In this document: piece by piece, positions 47,010-56,616 of the stretch | Position numbering within the stretch: position 1 is the stretch's first letter | How the letters are laid out: the number at the start of each line of letters is the position of its first letter | From: Nitrospinaceae bacterium | Lineage (GTDB): Bacteria > Nitrospinota > Nitrospinia > Nitrospinales > Nitrospinaceae | Length of the DNA stretch: 64,000 nt | Direction: 5' to 3' | Assembly (NCBI GenBank): GCA_965237905.1 | Contig: OZ250172.1 | Location: 2,720,001 to 2,784,000, forward strand | Position numbers and translations under genes: made by a program | The notes under the pieces: generated by a model | The model's input: only the letters and a program-made list of their open reading frames with translations | The model's database searches: none | What the model was told of the DNA's origin: nothing

Positions 47010-47396
47010 ATGGGTTACGAAACCAAAAAAGTGATGGTGGTAGATGACTCTTCAGTCATGCGCCAAATTATCAAAAACAATTTGAAGCAACTGGGTTTTG
47101 AGCATACGAATTTGCTGGATGCGGAAGATGGACAGCAGGCCTTGAAAAAGATCAGCGAGAATGGGGTGGATCTCGTGGTCTCAGACTGGAATATGCCGAA
47201 AATGAGTGGCATCGATCTTTTGAAAGCCGTTCGGGCCGATGGCGACTTGAAGGAACTCCCCTTTTTGATGGTGACCTCCGAAGCCGACCGGGAAAAAATC
47301 ATGGAGGCGGTTCAGGCGGGTGTGAATCAGTATATTGTCAAACCCTTTAATGCTTCTCAATTGGAAGAAAAGATCAAGGAGATTTTCCCCGGCTGA
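47010..47396 (+). CDS. cheY: Chemotaxis response regulator CheY
   Basis: VVDDS, SDWNMPKM, MVTSE and YIVKPF motifs. Confidence 0.88.
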   Translation: MGYETKKVMVVDDSSVMRQIIKNNLKQLGFEHTNLLDAEDGQQALKKISENGVDLVVSDWNMPKMSGIDLLKAVRADGDLKELPFLMVTSEADREKIMEAVQAGVNQYIVKPFNASQLEEKIKEIFPG

Positions 47397-47497
47397 ATTC
47401 TTTTGTCTTTCTCCCTGAAGAGTTTGAGGCAAACTGAGTTCGTTGCTGTCAGGTTGTCTGTCATCCCACCTCATCATGGTATTCCGGTAATCCCTTA

Positions 47498-48607
47498 TTA
47501 TTTTCGCACGGTCAGAGTGGGTACTCGACCGGTTTGGCTTTTCTGAATAATTTCCTCAGCGATTTGATCCAGAGGCAGAATTTTGTCTGCCAACCTGCCC
47601 TTAATCACAAATCCAGGCATTCCCCAGATCACGCTCGTGGCCTCATCCTGAGCGATAACCTGTCCGCCGCGATCCTGGATGTGCTGACACCCATCGGCTC
47701 CGTCGTGTCCCATTCCGGTCAAAACAACCGCCAGAGCGTTTCGTCCGAAAACTTTGGCCACCGAGCGGAACAGAACATCGACTGACGGTCGACAGGAATT
47801 TTCGTGAGGTTTCTGGTTGATGAGGGCGACCACGTCATCTTTATGATGTTCGACCACCAGATGGTAATCACCGGGAGCAATGTAGACGTGACCGGGTTGA
47901 AGAACACTGCCGCTTGTGCATTCCTGGACGGTCACCGTCGCCTGCGAGTTCAGCCGGTCGGCGAGAAGTTTAGTGAAATAGGGTGGCATATGCTGAACGA
48001 TTACGATGGGCACCGGAAAATTGGATGGAAAGGAAGGCATCAAGGACGCCAAAGCACTCGGCCCACCTGTGGATACGCCGATCGCTACCACGTCGACACG
48101 GTGGAGCGACTTAAGCCCTTTCGTGTACTTCGGGTCTATGGATTGGGTGACGGCCGGTTTGGGTTTGGGGAGATTGGTGGGTATATCCAGCCCTGCAGAT
48201 TCGCTACACAGCGCTTTGATTTTTAGAATCAGTTCATTTTTTATGAGTTCAATGCCCTGATCCAGGCCGGTGACCGTTGAAGGTTTGGTCACGTAATCGG
48301 TCGCCCCTTTGGCAAGAGCATCCAGCGTGGCGGTGGCTCCGCTCTGGGTCAGGGTGCTGAACATGATGACCGGAAGATCAGGCCACTCCCCCCGGATCTT
48401 CTCCAGAGTCTCCAGTCCGTTCATTTCAGGCATTTCGATATCCAGAGAAATGATGTCGGGCTTGACCAAGGGGATTTTCTTGAGACAGATACTCCCATTG
48501 GCCGCTGTTCCCACCACCTCAATGGCAGGATCCTGATTCATGGTGTCGGAAAGCATTTTTCGGACAACGACGGAATCATCAGCGATGAGGACTTTGATTT
48601 TCGGCAT
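47498..48607 (-). CDS. cheB: Chemotaxis response regulator protein-glutamate methylesterase
   Basis: Receiver domain plus GVSTGGP, VQHMP, RPSVDVLF, LTGMGHDG and WGMP motifs. Confidence 0.95.
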   Translation of the reverse strand: MPKIKVLIADDSVVVRKMLSDTMNQDPAIEVVGTAANGSICLKKIPLVKPDIISLDIEMPEMNGLETLEKIRGEWPDLPVIMFSTLTQSGATATLDALAKGATDYVTKPSTVTGLDQGIELIKNELILKIKALCSESAGLDIPTNLPKPKPAVTQSIDPKYTKGLKSLHRVDVVAIGVSTGGPSALASLMPSFPSNFPVPIVIVQHMPPYFTKLLADRLNSQATVTVQECTSGSVLQPGHVYIAPGDYHLVVEHHKDDVVALINQKPHENSCRPSVDVLFRSVAKVFGRNALAVVLTGMGHDGADGCQHIQDRGGQVIAQDEATSVIWGMPGFVIKGRLADKILPLDQIAEEIIQKSQTGRVPTLTVRK

Positions 48608-48887
48608 ATTTTTTGGGGTTTTCAGCCGGTTAATTGGATGTGAAATTCAAGGACTCTATATAAATGAGTGAGGACGCCGGAGGTGCGCCAACCGAATGAC
48701 CTTTATCAAGAGTAACGGAAAATACCCGGCACCTCCAGTAAATAGAGTGTTCAATGAGCTGGAGTCCTCCATTGTTTTAGAAATCCTTTGCATTCCCCGC
48801 AGTTAAAATAAAAAAGCTTAAAAGAAAAGAAGTTATAAAAATATTAGTCAAAAAAGGTAGGTATTCGGTCGATGCTTTGAGAAATTC

Positions 48888-48904
48888 TGCTTCATTTTCT
48901 GGCA
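48888..48904. promoter_or_regulatory. Possible NtrC-type enhancer site
   Basis: TGC-N11-GCA about 130 nt upstream of the sigma54-like promoter; weak match. Confidence 0.3.
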
Positions 48905-49034
48905 GAGGTTAAGGGTATTACTTCTTTATTAAGCATTCCTGTGAAATTTACCAGGCGTCCCCACCCGTTTCTGTTTCCGCTAAAACCTCTTTATTTAGAG
49001 CGATATTCGCTGTTTGCAGGTTGAATTTTCAAAA

Positions 49035-49050
49035 TGGCACGGGAATTGTA
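49035..49050 (+). promoter_or_regulatory. Sigma54 (-24/-12)-like promoter of nirA-nirC
   Basis: TGGCAC-GGGAA-TTGTA versus consensus TGGCAC-N5-TTGCW. Confidence 0.6.
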
Positions 49051-49139
49051 TTAGCGGGAATTGTATTAGTAAGAGGCTTATGGGATGAGTTGCGAATGCT
49101 CAACCCGCTGAACGGTTAAAATTTGGATTTGGGGTTCTA

Positions 49140-50741
49140 ATGAATAAAGTTGAAATACTAAAAGCTGAAAAAAATGTTTTGGACGTTAAGAACGATATCG
49201 CCCGTTTTGCCCGCGAAGGGTGGGAATCGATTTCTGAGGATGATGTTCAAAGGCTCAAATGGTATGGGTTGTTTTTAAGAAAACCCACTCCCGGATTTTT
49301 CATGCTCCGGGTTCGCATACCGAACGGGTTCGCGACCGCGGATCAGTTGCGGGCGCTATCGCTGATATCACAGCATTATGGAAATGGAGTTATTGATATC
49401 ACCACACGCCAACAGTTTCAAATCCGGCATTTGCGTATTGAAAATATTGCCGCGGTTTTTGACGCCCTGGATTCGGTGGATTTAACCTCTCTGCAAACCG
49501 GAATCGATAACGTGCGGAACATCATGGGATGCCCCGTAGCGGGATTGCATCCCAGGGAAATTATCGATGCCTCGCCCTGGGTCCGGGCCTTGAATCAGCA
49601 TATCCTGAACAATCCGGAGTTTGTGAATCTTCCAAGAAAATTCAATGTCGCCATCACCGGGTGTCCCGACAACTGCCTTCATACGGAAACTCAAGATCTG
49701 GCGTTGATTCCTGCCGTCAGAACGATTGCGGGAAGGGAACACATCGGCTTTAACATTCTGGCCGGGGGAAAACTGGGTTCCGGGGGATACCGGATTGCCA
49801 GCCCGCTGGATATATTCGTGCTTCCCGAAGAAGTGGTTGAAGTGTGCGCGGAAATTATTCTGTTGTTTCGCGACCACGGGTCCCGCGAATCCCGCACTCA
49901 AAACCGTCTGGCCTTTCTTTTGGATGAATGGGGGGAAGATCGGTTTCGAGAGGAACTGGTCTTGCGTTTGAAGCGTCCGCTGGAAAAAGCCGGTCAGGAT
50001 AAACGGCTTAACGAAATTAAAGACCACATGGGGATTTTCAGGCAAAAAGGCGCCACCATGAATTTTGTAGGATTGAAAGTGATCGTCGGACGCATCCAGG
50101 CAACGGAACTGTACCAAGTGGCGGACCTGGCCGAAAAATATGGAAAGGGAGAAATCCGAATTTCTCCTCATCAGGCACTGATCATTCCCCATGTGAAGGA
50201 TAATGTCCTCGGTGATCTGCTGGAAGAATCCACATTGAAGAATTTGTTGTATGCTCCCTCGGCGATACAAAAAAATCTGGTCAGTTGTGTGGGAAAAGAT
50301 TATTGCCACCTGGCGGCCATTGAAACCAAGGGACAGGCGGTGGAAGTCGCCCGTCAGGTGGAAGATAAACTTGACCTGGAAAAGGTGGGGCCGATTTCGA
50401 TGCACTGGTCGGGGTGTCCCGCTGGATGCGGCAATCATTTGGTGGCGGATATCGGGTTCCTGGGAAAAAAGGCGAAAGTCGGCAACGACATTGTCGACGC
50501 AGTGGATATTTTTGTCGGCGGTCGGGCCGGGCCGCATCCCAAGCAGGCGGTTAAAATTCTCGAAAATGTACCCTGTGATCAGCTCCCGCAGGTTTTGGAG
50601 AATATCATTCCGTACCATACAAGAACGAAAATGCATCCCATCCGAAAAAAACGAGACGCGAACAAAACTTTGAAGACGGGAAAGCCGATCACGCGCAGTC
50701 AACAATCCTTATCATCTAAATCATCCCTGATGTGTGTTTGA
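49140..50741 (+). CDS. nirA: Ferredoxin-nitrite reductase (assimilatory)
   Basis: NKVEILK, ITTRQ, DNVRN and NLPRKFN motifs; siroheme/4Fe-4S cysteines CVGKDYC and GCPAGCG. Confidence 0.93.
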   Translation: MNKVEILKAEKNVLDVKNDIARFAREGWESISEDDVQRLKWYGLFLRKPTPGFFMLRVRIPNGFATADQLRALSLISQHYGNGVIDITTRQQFQIRHLRIENIAAVFDALDSVDLTSLQTGIDNVRNIMGCPVAGLHPREIIDASPWVRALNQHILNNPEFVNLPRKFNVAITGCPDNCLHTETQDLALIPAVRTIAGREHIGFNILAGGKLGSGGYRIASPLDIFVLPEEVVEVCAEIILLFRDHGSRESRTQNRLAFLLDEWGEDRFREELVLRLKRPLEKAGQDKRLNEIKDHMGIFRQKGATMNFVGLKVIVGRIQATELYQVADLAEKYGKGEIRISPHQALIIPHVKDNVLGDLLEESTLKNLLYAPSAIQKNLVSCVGKDYCHLAAIETKGQAVEVARQVEDKLDLEKVGPISMHWSGCPAGCGNHLVADIGFLGKKAKVGNDIVDAVDIFVGGRAGPHPKQAVKILENVPCDQLPQVLENIIPYHTRTKMHPIRKKRDANKTLKTGKPITRSQQSLSSKSSLMCV

Positions 50742-50776
50742 CACAGACCCATTTCCGGAGACAACCGAGAGGACTT

Positions 50777-51661
50777 ATGTTTGGAGAAGAAATAAATAAG
50801 ATTACCGAAACAGCTGAAAATAAAATGCGCTACATGCAATCCTCGCCTGCGGGTTATTTGGTGTTATCGGCCCTGGCCGGTATTTATGTCGGGTTTGGAA
50901 TCATCCTCATTTTTTCCATCGGCGGACCCATCCATGCCGGTGCCGGACCCTTTCTGAAACTGGTGATGGGCGCCAGTTTTGGCATTGCGTTGAGCCTGGT
51001 CATTTTCGCCGGATCGGAATTGTTTACCGGCAACAATATGATTCTGGTTATCGGAAGATTACAGAAGAAAACGTCCTCCGGAATGCTGATGAAATCATGG
51101 CTCCTGTGTTATCTGGGAAATTTGATCGGCTCGGTTCTGCTGGCCTGGCTCATGTTTCATGCGGACAGTCTGGCAGAATCCTCGAAAAACCTGGTTTTGC
51201 AGGTCAGCTCCATGAAAATGAATGCCGGCGCCAAGGAGTTGTTCATCCGGGGAATATTATGCAACTGGCTGGTGTGCCTAGCGGTGTGGCTGGCCGTGAA
51301 GATTAAAAGTGAAACCGCAAAGCTCATCATGATTTTCTGGTGCCTGTTCGCGTTTATCAGCAGCGGGTTCGAACATTGCGTGGCCAATATGACCTTGCTG
51401 AGCTTGGGCTTACTGCTTCCTCATGGGGCGGAGATTTCCATGGCCGGGTTCGGCTACAATCTGACCTGGGTCACATTGGGGAATATCGTCGGCGGCGCCC
51501 TGTTTGTCGGCATGGCCTATTGGTTCGCGGCTTCAAAAAATATAAAATCCGTATCCGTAAAAAACGGCAATGGCGAGTATTCAAAGATTGAAACAATACC
51601 TCAGGGAGAAGTTGGGGAGGTGTCCGAGGGAATAACCGCATCCACAATCAGCGGCAGGTGA
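50777..51661 (+). CDS. nirC: Formate/nitrite transporter
   Basis: GSELFTGN, GILCNWLVCLA, GFEHCVANM and LGNIVGG motifs. Confidence 0.92.
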   Translation: MFGEEINKITETAENKMRYMQSSPAGYLVLSALAGIYVGFGIILIFSIGGPIHAGAGPFLKLVMGASFGIALSLVIFAGSELFTGNNMILVIGRLQKKTSSGMLMKSWLLCYLGNLIGSVLLAWLMFHADSLAESSKNLVLQVSSMKMNAGAKELFIRGILCNWLVCLAVWLAVKIKSETAKLIMIFWCLFAFISSGFEHCVANMTLLSLGLLLPHGAEISMAGFGYNLTWVTLGNIVGGALFVGMAYWFAASKNIKSVSVKNGNGEYSKIETIPQGEVGEVSEGITASTISGR

Positions 51662-51691
51662 TCCAAGGCGACACGGATGACCGGAGAATAG

Positions 51692-51835
51692 CTGGGGTTG
51701 GTTGCCTCCGGCAATATGCTACTCGGAATGATCCGCATCGATAAAGCGGACCGTTGGTTGCATCTGGGACTGGAATTTGAAATATTATTACCTGGAATTT
51801 TGCTTCGGTCCACCCAACGGAGTACTCATGCCTGA
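51692..51835 (+). pseudogene. Possible remnant of a DUF4383-like membrane protein gene
   Basis: LGLVASGNMLLGMIRIDKADRWLHLGL follows an in-frame TAG and resembles the ADNWLHL motif. Confidence 0.35.
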
Positions 51836-52211
51836 TGACGGAATGACTACAGGGCTTGCAAAGATTCGCGTTAAACGCGCCTATGAGCCACCTTCTCCAA
51901 GCGATGGTTATCGCATACTCGTGGATCGTTTGTGGCCCCGTGGTCTTACCAAAGAGCGTCTGCAATTAAAGTTATGGAATAAAGATATTGGTCCTTCCCA
52001 CGAACTTCGCCGCTGGTTCGGGCACGATCCTCAGAAATGGCGCGAGTTCAAAAAAAGATATTTCGTCGAGCTGGATGCCAATCCCACTGCTGTCGAAACC
52101 GTGCTATCGTGTTTGCAGAAAGAACCCGTGGTAACGTTTGTATTCGGGTCCAAAGAAGAGAAGCTCAACAACGCTGTCGCCCTCCAAACTTATTTCGAAT
52201 CCATCCAATGA
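51828..52211 (+). CDS. DUF488/YeaO family protein
   Basis: KRAYE, DGYRILVDRLWPRG, PSHELRRWFGHDP and NNAVAL motifs. Confidence 0.9.
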   Translation: MPDDGMTTGLAKIRVKRAYEPPSPSDGYRILVDRLWPRGLTKERLQLKLWNKDIGPSHELRRWFGHDPQKWREFKKRYFVELDANPTAVETVLSCLQKEPVVTFVFGSKEEKLNNAVALQTYFESIQ

Positions 52212-52360
52212 TGTTTTCTGTGTATCCCACAATCCAAGCGTAATATTTTCCTTAAATTCAGCCTTTCTAGAAGCATGTCCCTGGTTTCGGATCATAAATG
52301 AATGGTTTTCTTAAGGGGTTCCATTAATATAAGATAGATAAGGTTTATTTGAGGAGCGCC

Positions 52361-52834
52361 ATGAAGAAAACACTCACAGTGGGTGGTATCGATTTCTCCA
52401 GGAAATACGTTTGTATGGAATGCGGTTGCCAGCATGACCCCATTGATGCCAAGCGTGGATTGTTGGTGATTGAGATTTTCATGTGGCTTCTGTATATTCT
52501 TCCCGGAGTCATCTATTCCATTTGGCGGCGGGTGCGCACACAACAGGTTTGCTCGAAATGCCGGAATCCTTCGGTCGTGTTGACATCTTCTTCCCGGGCC
52601 ATGGGAATGATGCGACTGATGAAAGCCTTTTCCCGGCCTCTAATGACGAACTCAAAAAATCCAAAACCCAATTCACCCCAAAAGCCGGCTCCCGGAGAGC
52701 AGAATCCATCTCAAAAGCCAAAATCCGGGAAAAAGGATTTGAATCAAATTTTGAAATCTACTAATCGCCGGGGACTGAAACCCAAAGGTCAGCAGGGACT
52801 TATTAATTTTAAATCTCCGGGCCAAGACCAGTAA
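52361..52834 (+). CDS. Hypothetical protein with split Zn-ribbon around a hydrophobic hairpin
   Basis: CMEC-hydrophobic-CSKC; GAGGAG RBS. Confidence 0.65.
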   Translation: MKKTLTVGGIDFSRKYVCMECGCQHDPIDAKRGLLVIEIFMWLLYILPGVIYSIWRRVRTQQVCSKCRNPSVVLTSSSRAMGMMRLMKAFSRPLMTNSKNPKPNSPQKPAPGEQNPSQKPKSGKKDLNQILKSTNRRGLKPKGQQGLINFKSPGQDQ

Positions 52835-52868
52835 CCGGACACGATGCAAAGCTTTTCTGAGCCCACCT

Positions 52869-53597
52869 ATGGATTCATCGACGAAAGATTTGAGTGGCAA
52901 AGAGCTCATTAGGAAAGATTTCACTGGGCAAAATCTGGTTGAGTTTGATTTCAGTGAAGCCGATCTCACCGAAGCGACTCTGAACGAGGCCGATTGTTCC
53001 CGCGCCGTATTTTACCGGGCGCGTCTCCGGGAGGCACAAGCCTCCAAAACCCGTTTCCATGAAGCCAACTTGGAGGAAGCCAATCTCAGCAATGCCTTGT
53101 TTCAGGAAGCGGATTTTACTTCGGTCGATTTGGAGGGAGCGGATTTGCGGGGAGCCGATTTCACCCGAGCCGACCTCAGCAATGCCAATATGACAGGTGT
53201 CTACATGAACGAGGCCACGTTCGTTGACGCGCGCTTGATCGAGGTTGATCTGAAAGCCGGAGACCTGCGTCAAGCGAACCTGTCGGGCGCCAATTTAACC
53301 CGAGCGGATTTGCGGTACTCAAATCTGGAAGGGGCCGACCTCAGCGGTGCCAAATTGCATGAGGCCGATCTTACCGGGGCGAACCTTTCGCGAGCCAAAT
53401 TGAAGCAGGCGGATCTCTTAAACGCCGATTTCAGTGAATGCAAAATCATTGGGGCGGATTTCTCGGATGCCATTCATCTCGACTGTTCGCAGATTGAAAC
53501 CACCCTATTTAAAAAAGACAGCGTAACCTTTCCGAACTCCGTCCAGATTACCTGGTTGTCTGAAACCGAATACGAATGTCGATGCACAACCGAATAA
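52869..53597 (+). CDS. Pentapeptide repeat protein
   Basis: Many A(D/N)Lxx repeats. Confidence 0.92.
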   Translation: MDSSTKDLSGKELIRKDFTGQNLVEFDFSEADLTEATLNEADCSRAVFYRARLREAQASKTRFHEANLEEANLSNALFQEADFTSVDLEGADLRGADFTRADLSNANMTGVYMNEATFVDARLIEVDLKAGDLRQANLSGANLTRADLRYSNLEGADLSGAKLHEADLTGANLSRAKLKQADLLNADFSECKIIGADFSDAIHLDCSQIETTLFKKDSVTFPNSVQITWLSETEYECRCTTE

Positions 53598-54577
53598 ATA
53601 GAGAGGTCTTTTTAAGTTCCTATCCGTCAAGCAAGAGCCTGACAATTCTTTTTATTTTCTTTGGTTTATTTTTAGGGGTCAGTCCGGCCATTCACGCCGC
53701 CCCATCGGTGAAAAAAATAACGGTCCATACCGTTTCCTATGCGAAGGGAACTTCTGCCGAATCACATCGGCTCACCAAGGATGCCGACAACGGCATTGTC
53801 AGTTTCTTTGACGCTCAAAACCGTCTGGTTCAGGAGCGGTACTCTTATAAAACCAAGGACCAATGCAACGTCAGGATTATCCTTGCGAAGCCGCGGGTGC
53901 ATCTCATCAATTGTCCCCGTCCCCGGGGCGCGCGGTTGGAGGGATTGGATTCTTTGGGGCAACCCCAATGGTCCTATGAAATCCGTGGCGCAAAGAAGGT
54001 GCGTCAGGAAGAAGTGTTTGGTGGATCAAGAGAGGGAATCGTTCTGAGCGGACTAAAAGTCATCGACCCTGAAACCGGCAAGGTGATCCTGAAGCCTCCA
54101 GTGAAGAGCTCTTTCAAGCCGCGATTAACAGTAACGCGTTCCATTCTGTATGTCCCTTCCAGCAAGACATTTTATTATTACGACGCAGAGGTTTCTCTTT
54201 TCAGTAAAAAGGGAGGGCTGTTCCGGATTCGTCCTCCCTATCACTATCAAAAAAAGGAGAACCTGCTCTCGTTAAAGTGGGGTCTATTGGGCCATGCCTC
54301 GGTCAAAGCCATGGCCTTGAGCCGGGATAAAAAATATCTTTTTCTGGGTAAACGCTGGGACACGCGCGGCGCTGGGTGGGTGGAGTTTGCTGTGTTCGAT
54401 ATTGAAGAGGCCAAGGAAATATTTTCGGATAGGCCGGAAGAATCCTGTGTTTGCCACAACTTAAAAATAACGGTTGGCGGGAAGGGCAGGGTGGCTTTCA
54501 GTTATGACCAAACTGCTGTCACCCAGGCGGTGGTGTATCAAGTTGACGATTCCCCGCTAAAAGAAAAACTGCCGTGA
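53576..54577 (+). CDS. Secreted hypothetical protein
   Basis: 333-aa ORF with a signal-peptide-like segment; beta-rich; start uncertain. Confidence 0.6.
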   Translation: MSMHNRINREVFLSSYPSSKSLTILFIFFGLFLGVSPAIHAAPSVKKITVHTVSYAKGTSAESHRLTKDADNGIVSFFDAQNRLVQERYSYKTKDQCNVRIILAKPRVHLINCPRPRGARLEGLDSLGQPQWSYEIRGAKKVRQEEVFGGSREGIVLSGLKVIDPETGKVILKPPVKSSFKPRLTVTRSILYVPSSKTFYYYDAEVSLFSKKGGLFRIRPPYHYQKKENLLSLKWGLLGHASVKAMALSRDKKYLFLGKRWDTRGAGWVEFAVFDIEEAKEIFSDRPEESCVCHNLKITVGGKGRVAFSYDQTAVTQAVVYQVDDSPLKEKLP

Positions 54578-54853
54578 AATCCAGGTTTTGCAGTGGTGCC
54601 ACTGCCCGTCTTGTTGCTGAAATACTTTCACATAAAAATCCTTGTCCTGGCGTTCGATGTAATGGTATTTGGCGGCTTCCTGCTCTCCATTCTCAATAGG
54701 CCTGCAGACCGGGTGAAGCATGAATGCCAAACCTCCCAGGGTTCCCGCGATCAGCAAGCCCAGAGCCACCCATTGCTTTTTCCGGGCCAGAAAAACCGCG
54801 CCGAAAAACCACAGAAGGACTAAAAGTCCGAGTAGTGAGAAAATAATGGGCAT
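54557..54853 (-). CDS. Small membrane hypothetical protein
   Basis: Two TM helices and a short Cys-containing tail. Confidence 0.55.
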   Translation of the reverse strand: MPIIFSLLGLLVLLWFFGAVFLARKKQWVALGLLIAGTLGGLAFMLHPVCRPIENGEQEAAKYHYIERQDKDFYVKVFQQQDGQWHHCKTWISRQFFF

Positions 54854-55212
54854 AAATTTCTAAATCCGAAAAAGTAATTGAAAGCGTATTCTATTTCTTC
54901 CAGGTACCCTTTTAATAACCCTTCTATAGAAGACATTGTGGCAAGGTTCTGGTGGACGAATCCGTATGCCTCTGCGATACTAATAATACGCTTTCCAGCT
55001 TGATTATGTGGGTGGTATGGGCTCAACGCCTGTTCTTACCCAACGAGGGTCCTTCGAATTGCCCGCGGCCCACTTAAATTTAACAAATAAAAGGCTTCCA
55101 GTCGAAAAATTCAGGCTTATTTGACTAAAGAATTAATGGAAAAATTCAAAAAACTTGTTATCCTGAAGTAACACTATTCCTTTTTTAACAATAGCTTGGA
55201 GTCTACCCAATT

Positions 55213-56526
55213 ATGCCAGGAGCCCCTGTAAAATCGTCCCAACGTCCGAAGTTGATGATTCGCCGTGGGAGAAAAGTGACAGAGGGTGTCGAGATTCAAG
55301 CCGTATTTGCTGATATCAGGAGCGGCCAGTTGAAGCCAAAACACGAGTTCAGCATGGACGGTGTTAACTGGCGGCGGTTGGACAGCCATCCTCAATTAGC
55401 CCGAGTTTTTGCTTCGGCACCTAAACCCGAGCGTAAAAAGAAAGGCCCGTTGGTTTTTCTTTTCCTGATCATTCTGGTAGTGGTCGTAGCCGCGGCATAC
55501 TTTCATCCCTACCTGGCTTTTTATAATGTTCAAACTGCAGTGGACAGCCGAAATATTGAGAAGCTGTCTCAATGGGTCGATTACGCCGATTTGCACCAGG
55601 ACGTGAAGAGTCAATTGGATGTTCAATGGGGCGAAGTTTCCGCTGCCAAAATCAGTAAGACTCCCTATGCCAAGAGGGCGGATCCTATAGGCCGGGCACA
55701 GGTGGATAGAATGGCTAACGCCCTGGTGACTCCAGAAGCGGTGATGGGTTTTGCAAAAGGGAAAACCGATCTGATCGGTTCCTGGGCCCGTAGAAGCTCT
55801 AAAACTCCGGCGGCTGGGGACCCTAAGGACTTGTTTGCTGACCTGGGGTTCGATATGGAATCCGTGAACAAAGTGCTGGATGGCGTGAAGGACGTGTTGG
55901 CTCAGGGTGAACTCCGTTATGCCGGTTTCAACTCATTCGTTGCGACGATCAAGGAGGATAACGGAGAGAGTCTTGATTTCATGTATGAGCGGAAAGGAAT
56001 AGATTGGAAGTTGAGCAGGATAACCCTGCCTGTGAAACGCGTCCGTCCCCCTCTCAATGATATTGCACAGTCCGCCCTCAAGAAAGGCAGGGCTCAGGCC
56101 GAGGCCGTTAACAAAAATAAGAAAGATAAGAAGGATAAAAAGAACCAAGCCCAGGTAGCGAAACTCGATAATAAGAAGAAAGCCTATATGGCAAACCTGG
56201 AGCTAAGAAGTCTGACGGTAGGTAAGGGAAAGAAGTATCTCTTTAACAGTCCCAACCCGGGACTGTTTGCTACCTTGAAGAATAAAGGCAACCGGACCCT
56301 GAACGAAGTGGAAGTCACCGTTTACTTTTATAACCGGAAGGGAGCCATTGTCAGTGAAAAGAAACTGTACCCGGTATCGGTCTCCAAGTATCGCGCTGGA
56401 CGCGATAACGATCCCTTAAAACCCCAAAAGGCAAAGAAGATCGGATACCTTGTCAAAGAGTTCGCTCCACCCTCATGGGGCGGAAAGGTGCAAATGAGGG
56501 TCACTGACATCATAGTCAAGAAATAA
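55213..56526 (+). CDS. Single-pass membrane protein, DUF2939-like with C-terminal FxLYD-like domain
   Basis: SMDGVNW (GYF_2-like), a TM helix, PY...VDY..L...VKSQL, and LKNKGNRTL..VEVTVYFYN. Confidence 0.65.
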   Translation: MPGAPVKSSQRPKLMIRRGRKVTEGVEIQAVFADIRSGQLKPKHEFSMDGVNWRRLDSHPQLARVFASAPKPERKKKGPLVFLFLIILVVVVAAAYFHPYLAFYNVQTAVDSRNIEKLSQWVDYADLHQDVKSQLDVQWGEVSAAKISKTPYAKRADPIGRAQVDRMANALVTPEAVMGFAKGKTDLIGSWARRSSKTPAAGDPKDLFADLGFDMESVNKVLDGVKDVLAQGELRYAGFNSFVATIKEDNGESLDFMYERKGIDWKLSRITLPVKRVRPPLNDIAQSALKKGRAQAEAVNKNKKDKKDKKNQAQVAKLDNKKKAYMANLELRSLTVGKGKKYLFNSPNPGLFATLKNKGNRTLNEVEVTVYFYNRKGAIVSEKKLYPVSVSKYRAGRDNDPLKPQKAKKIGYLVKEFAPPSWGGKVQMRVTDIIVKK

Positions 56527-56616
56527 AGTTAGCCCTCTTTCAATTTTGGTACAATATCCCCTAATCAAGTCATACAGATTCTTCCGACTGTTTTTCGTTG
56601 GTGCGAAAGGAATTAA

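Noticed and set aside
47400..47497. GGCAAAC resembling a c-di-GMP-I riboswitch near cheY/cheB
   Set aside because: The rest of the consensus is absent and the site lies between convergent genes.
49482..50705. 407-aa minus-strand ORF
   Set aside because: Antisense shadow of nirA.
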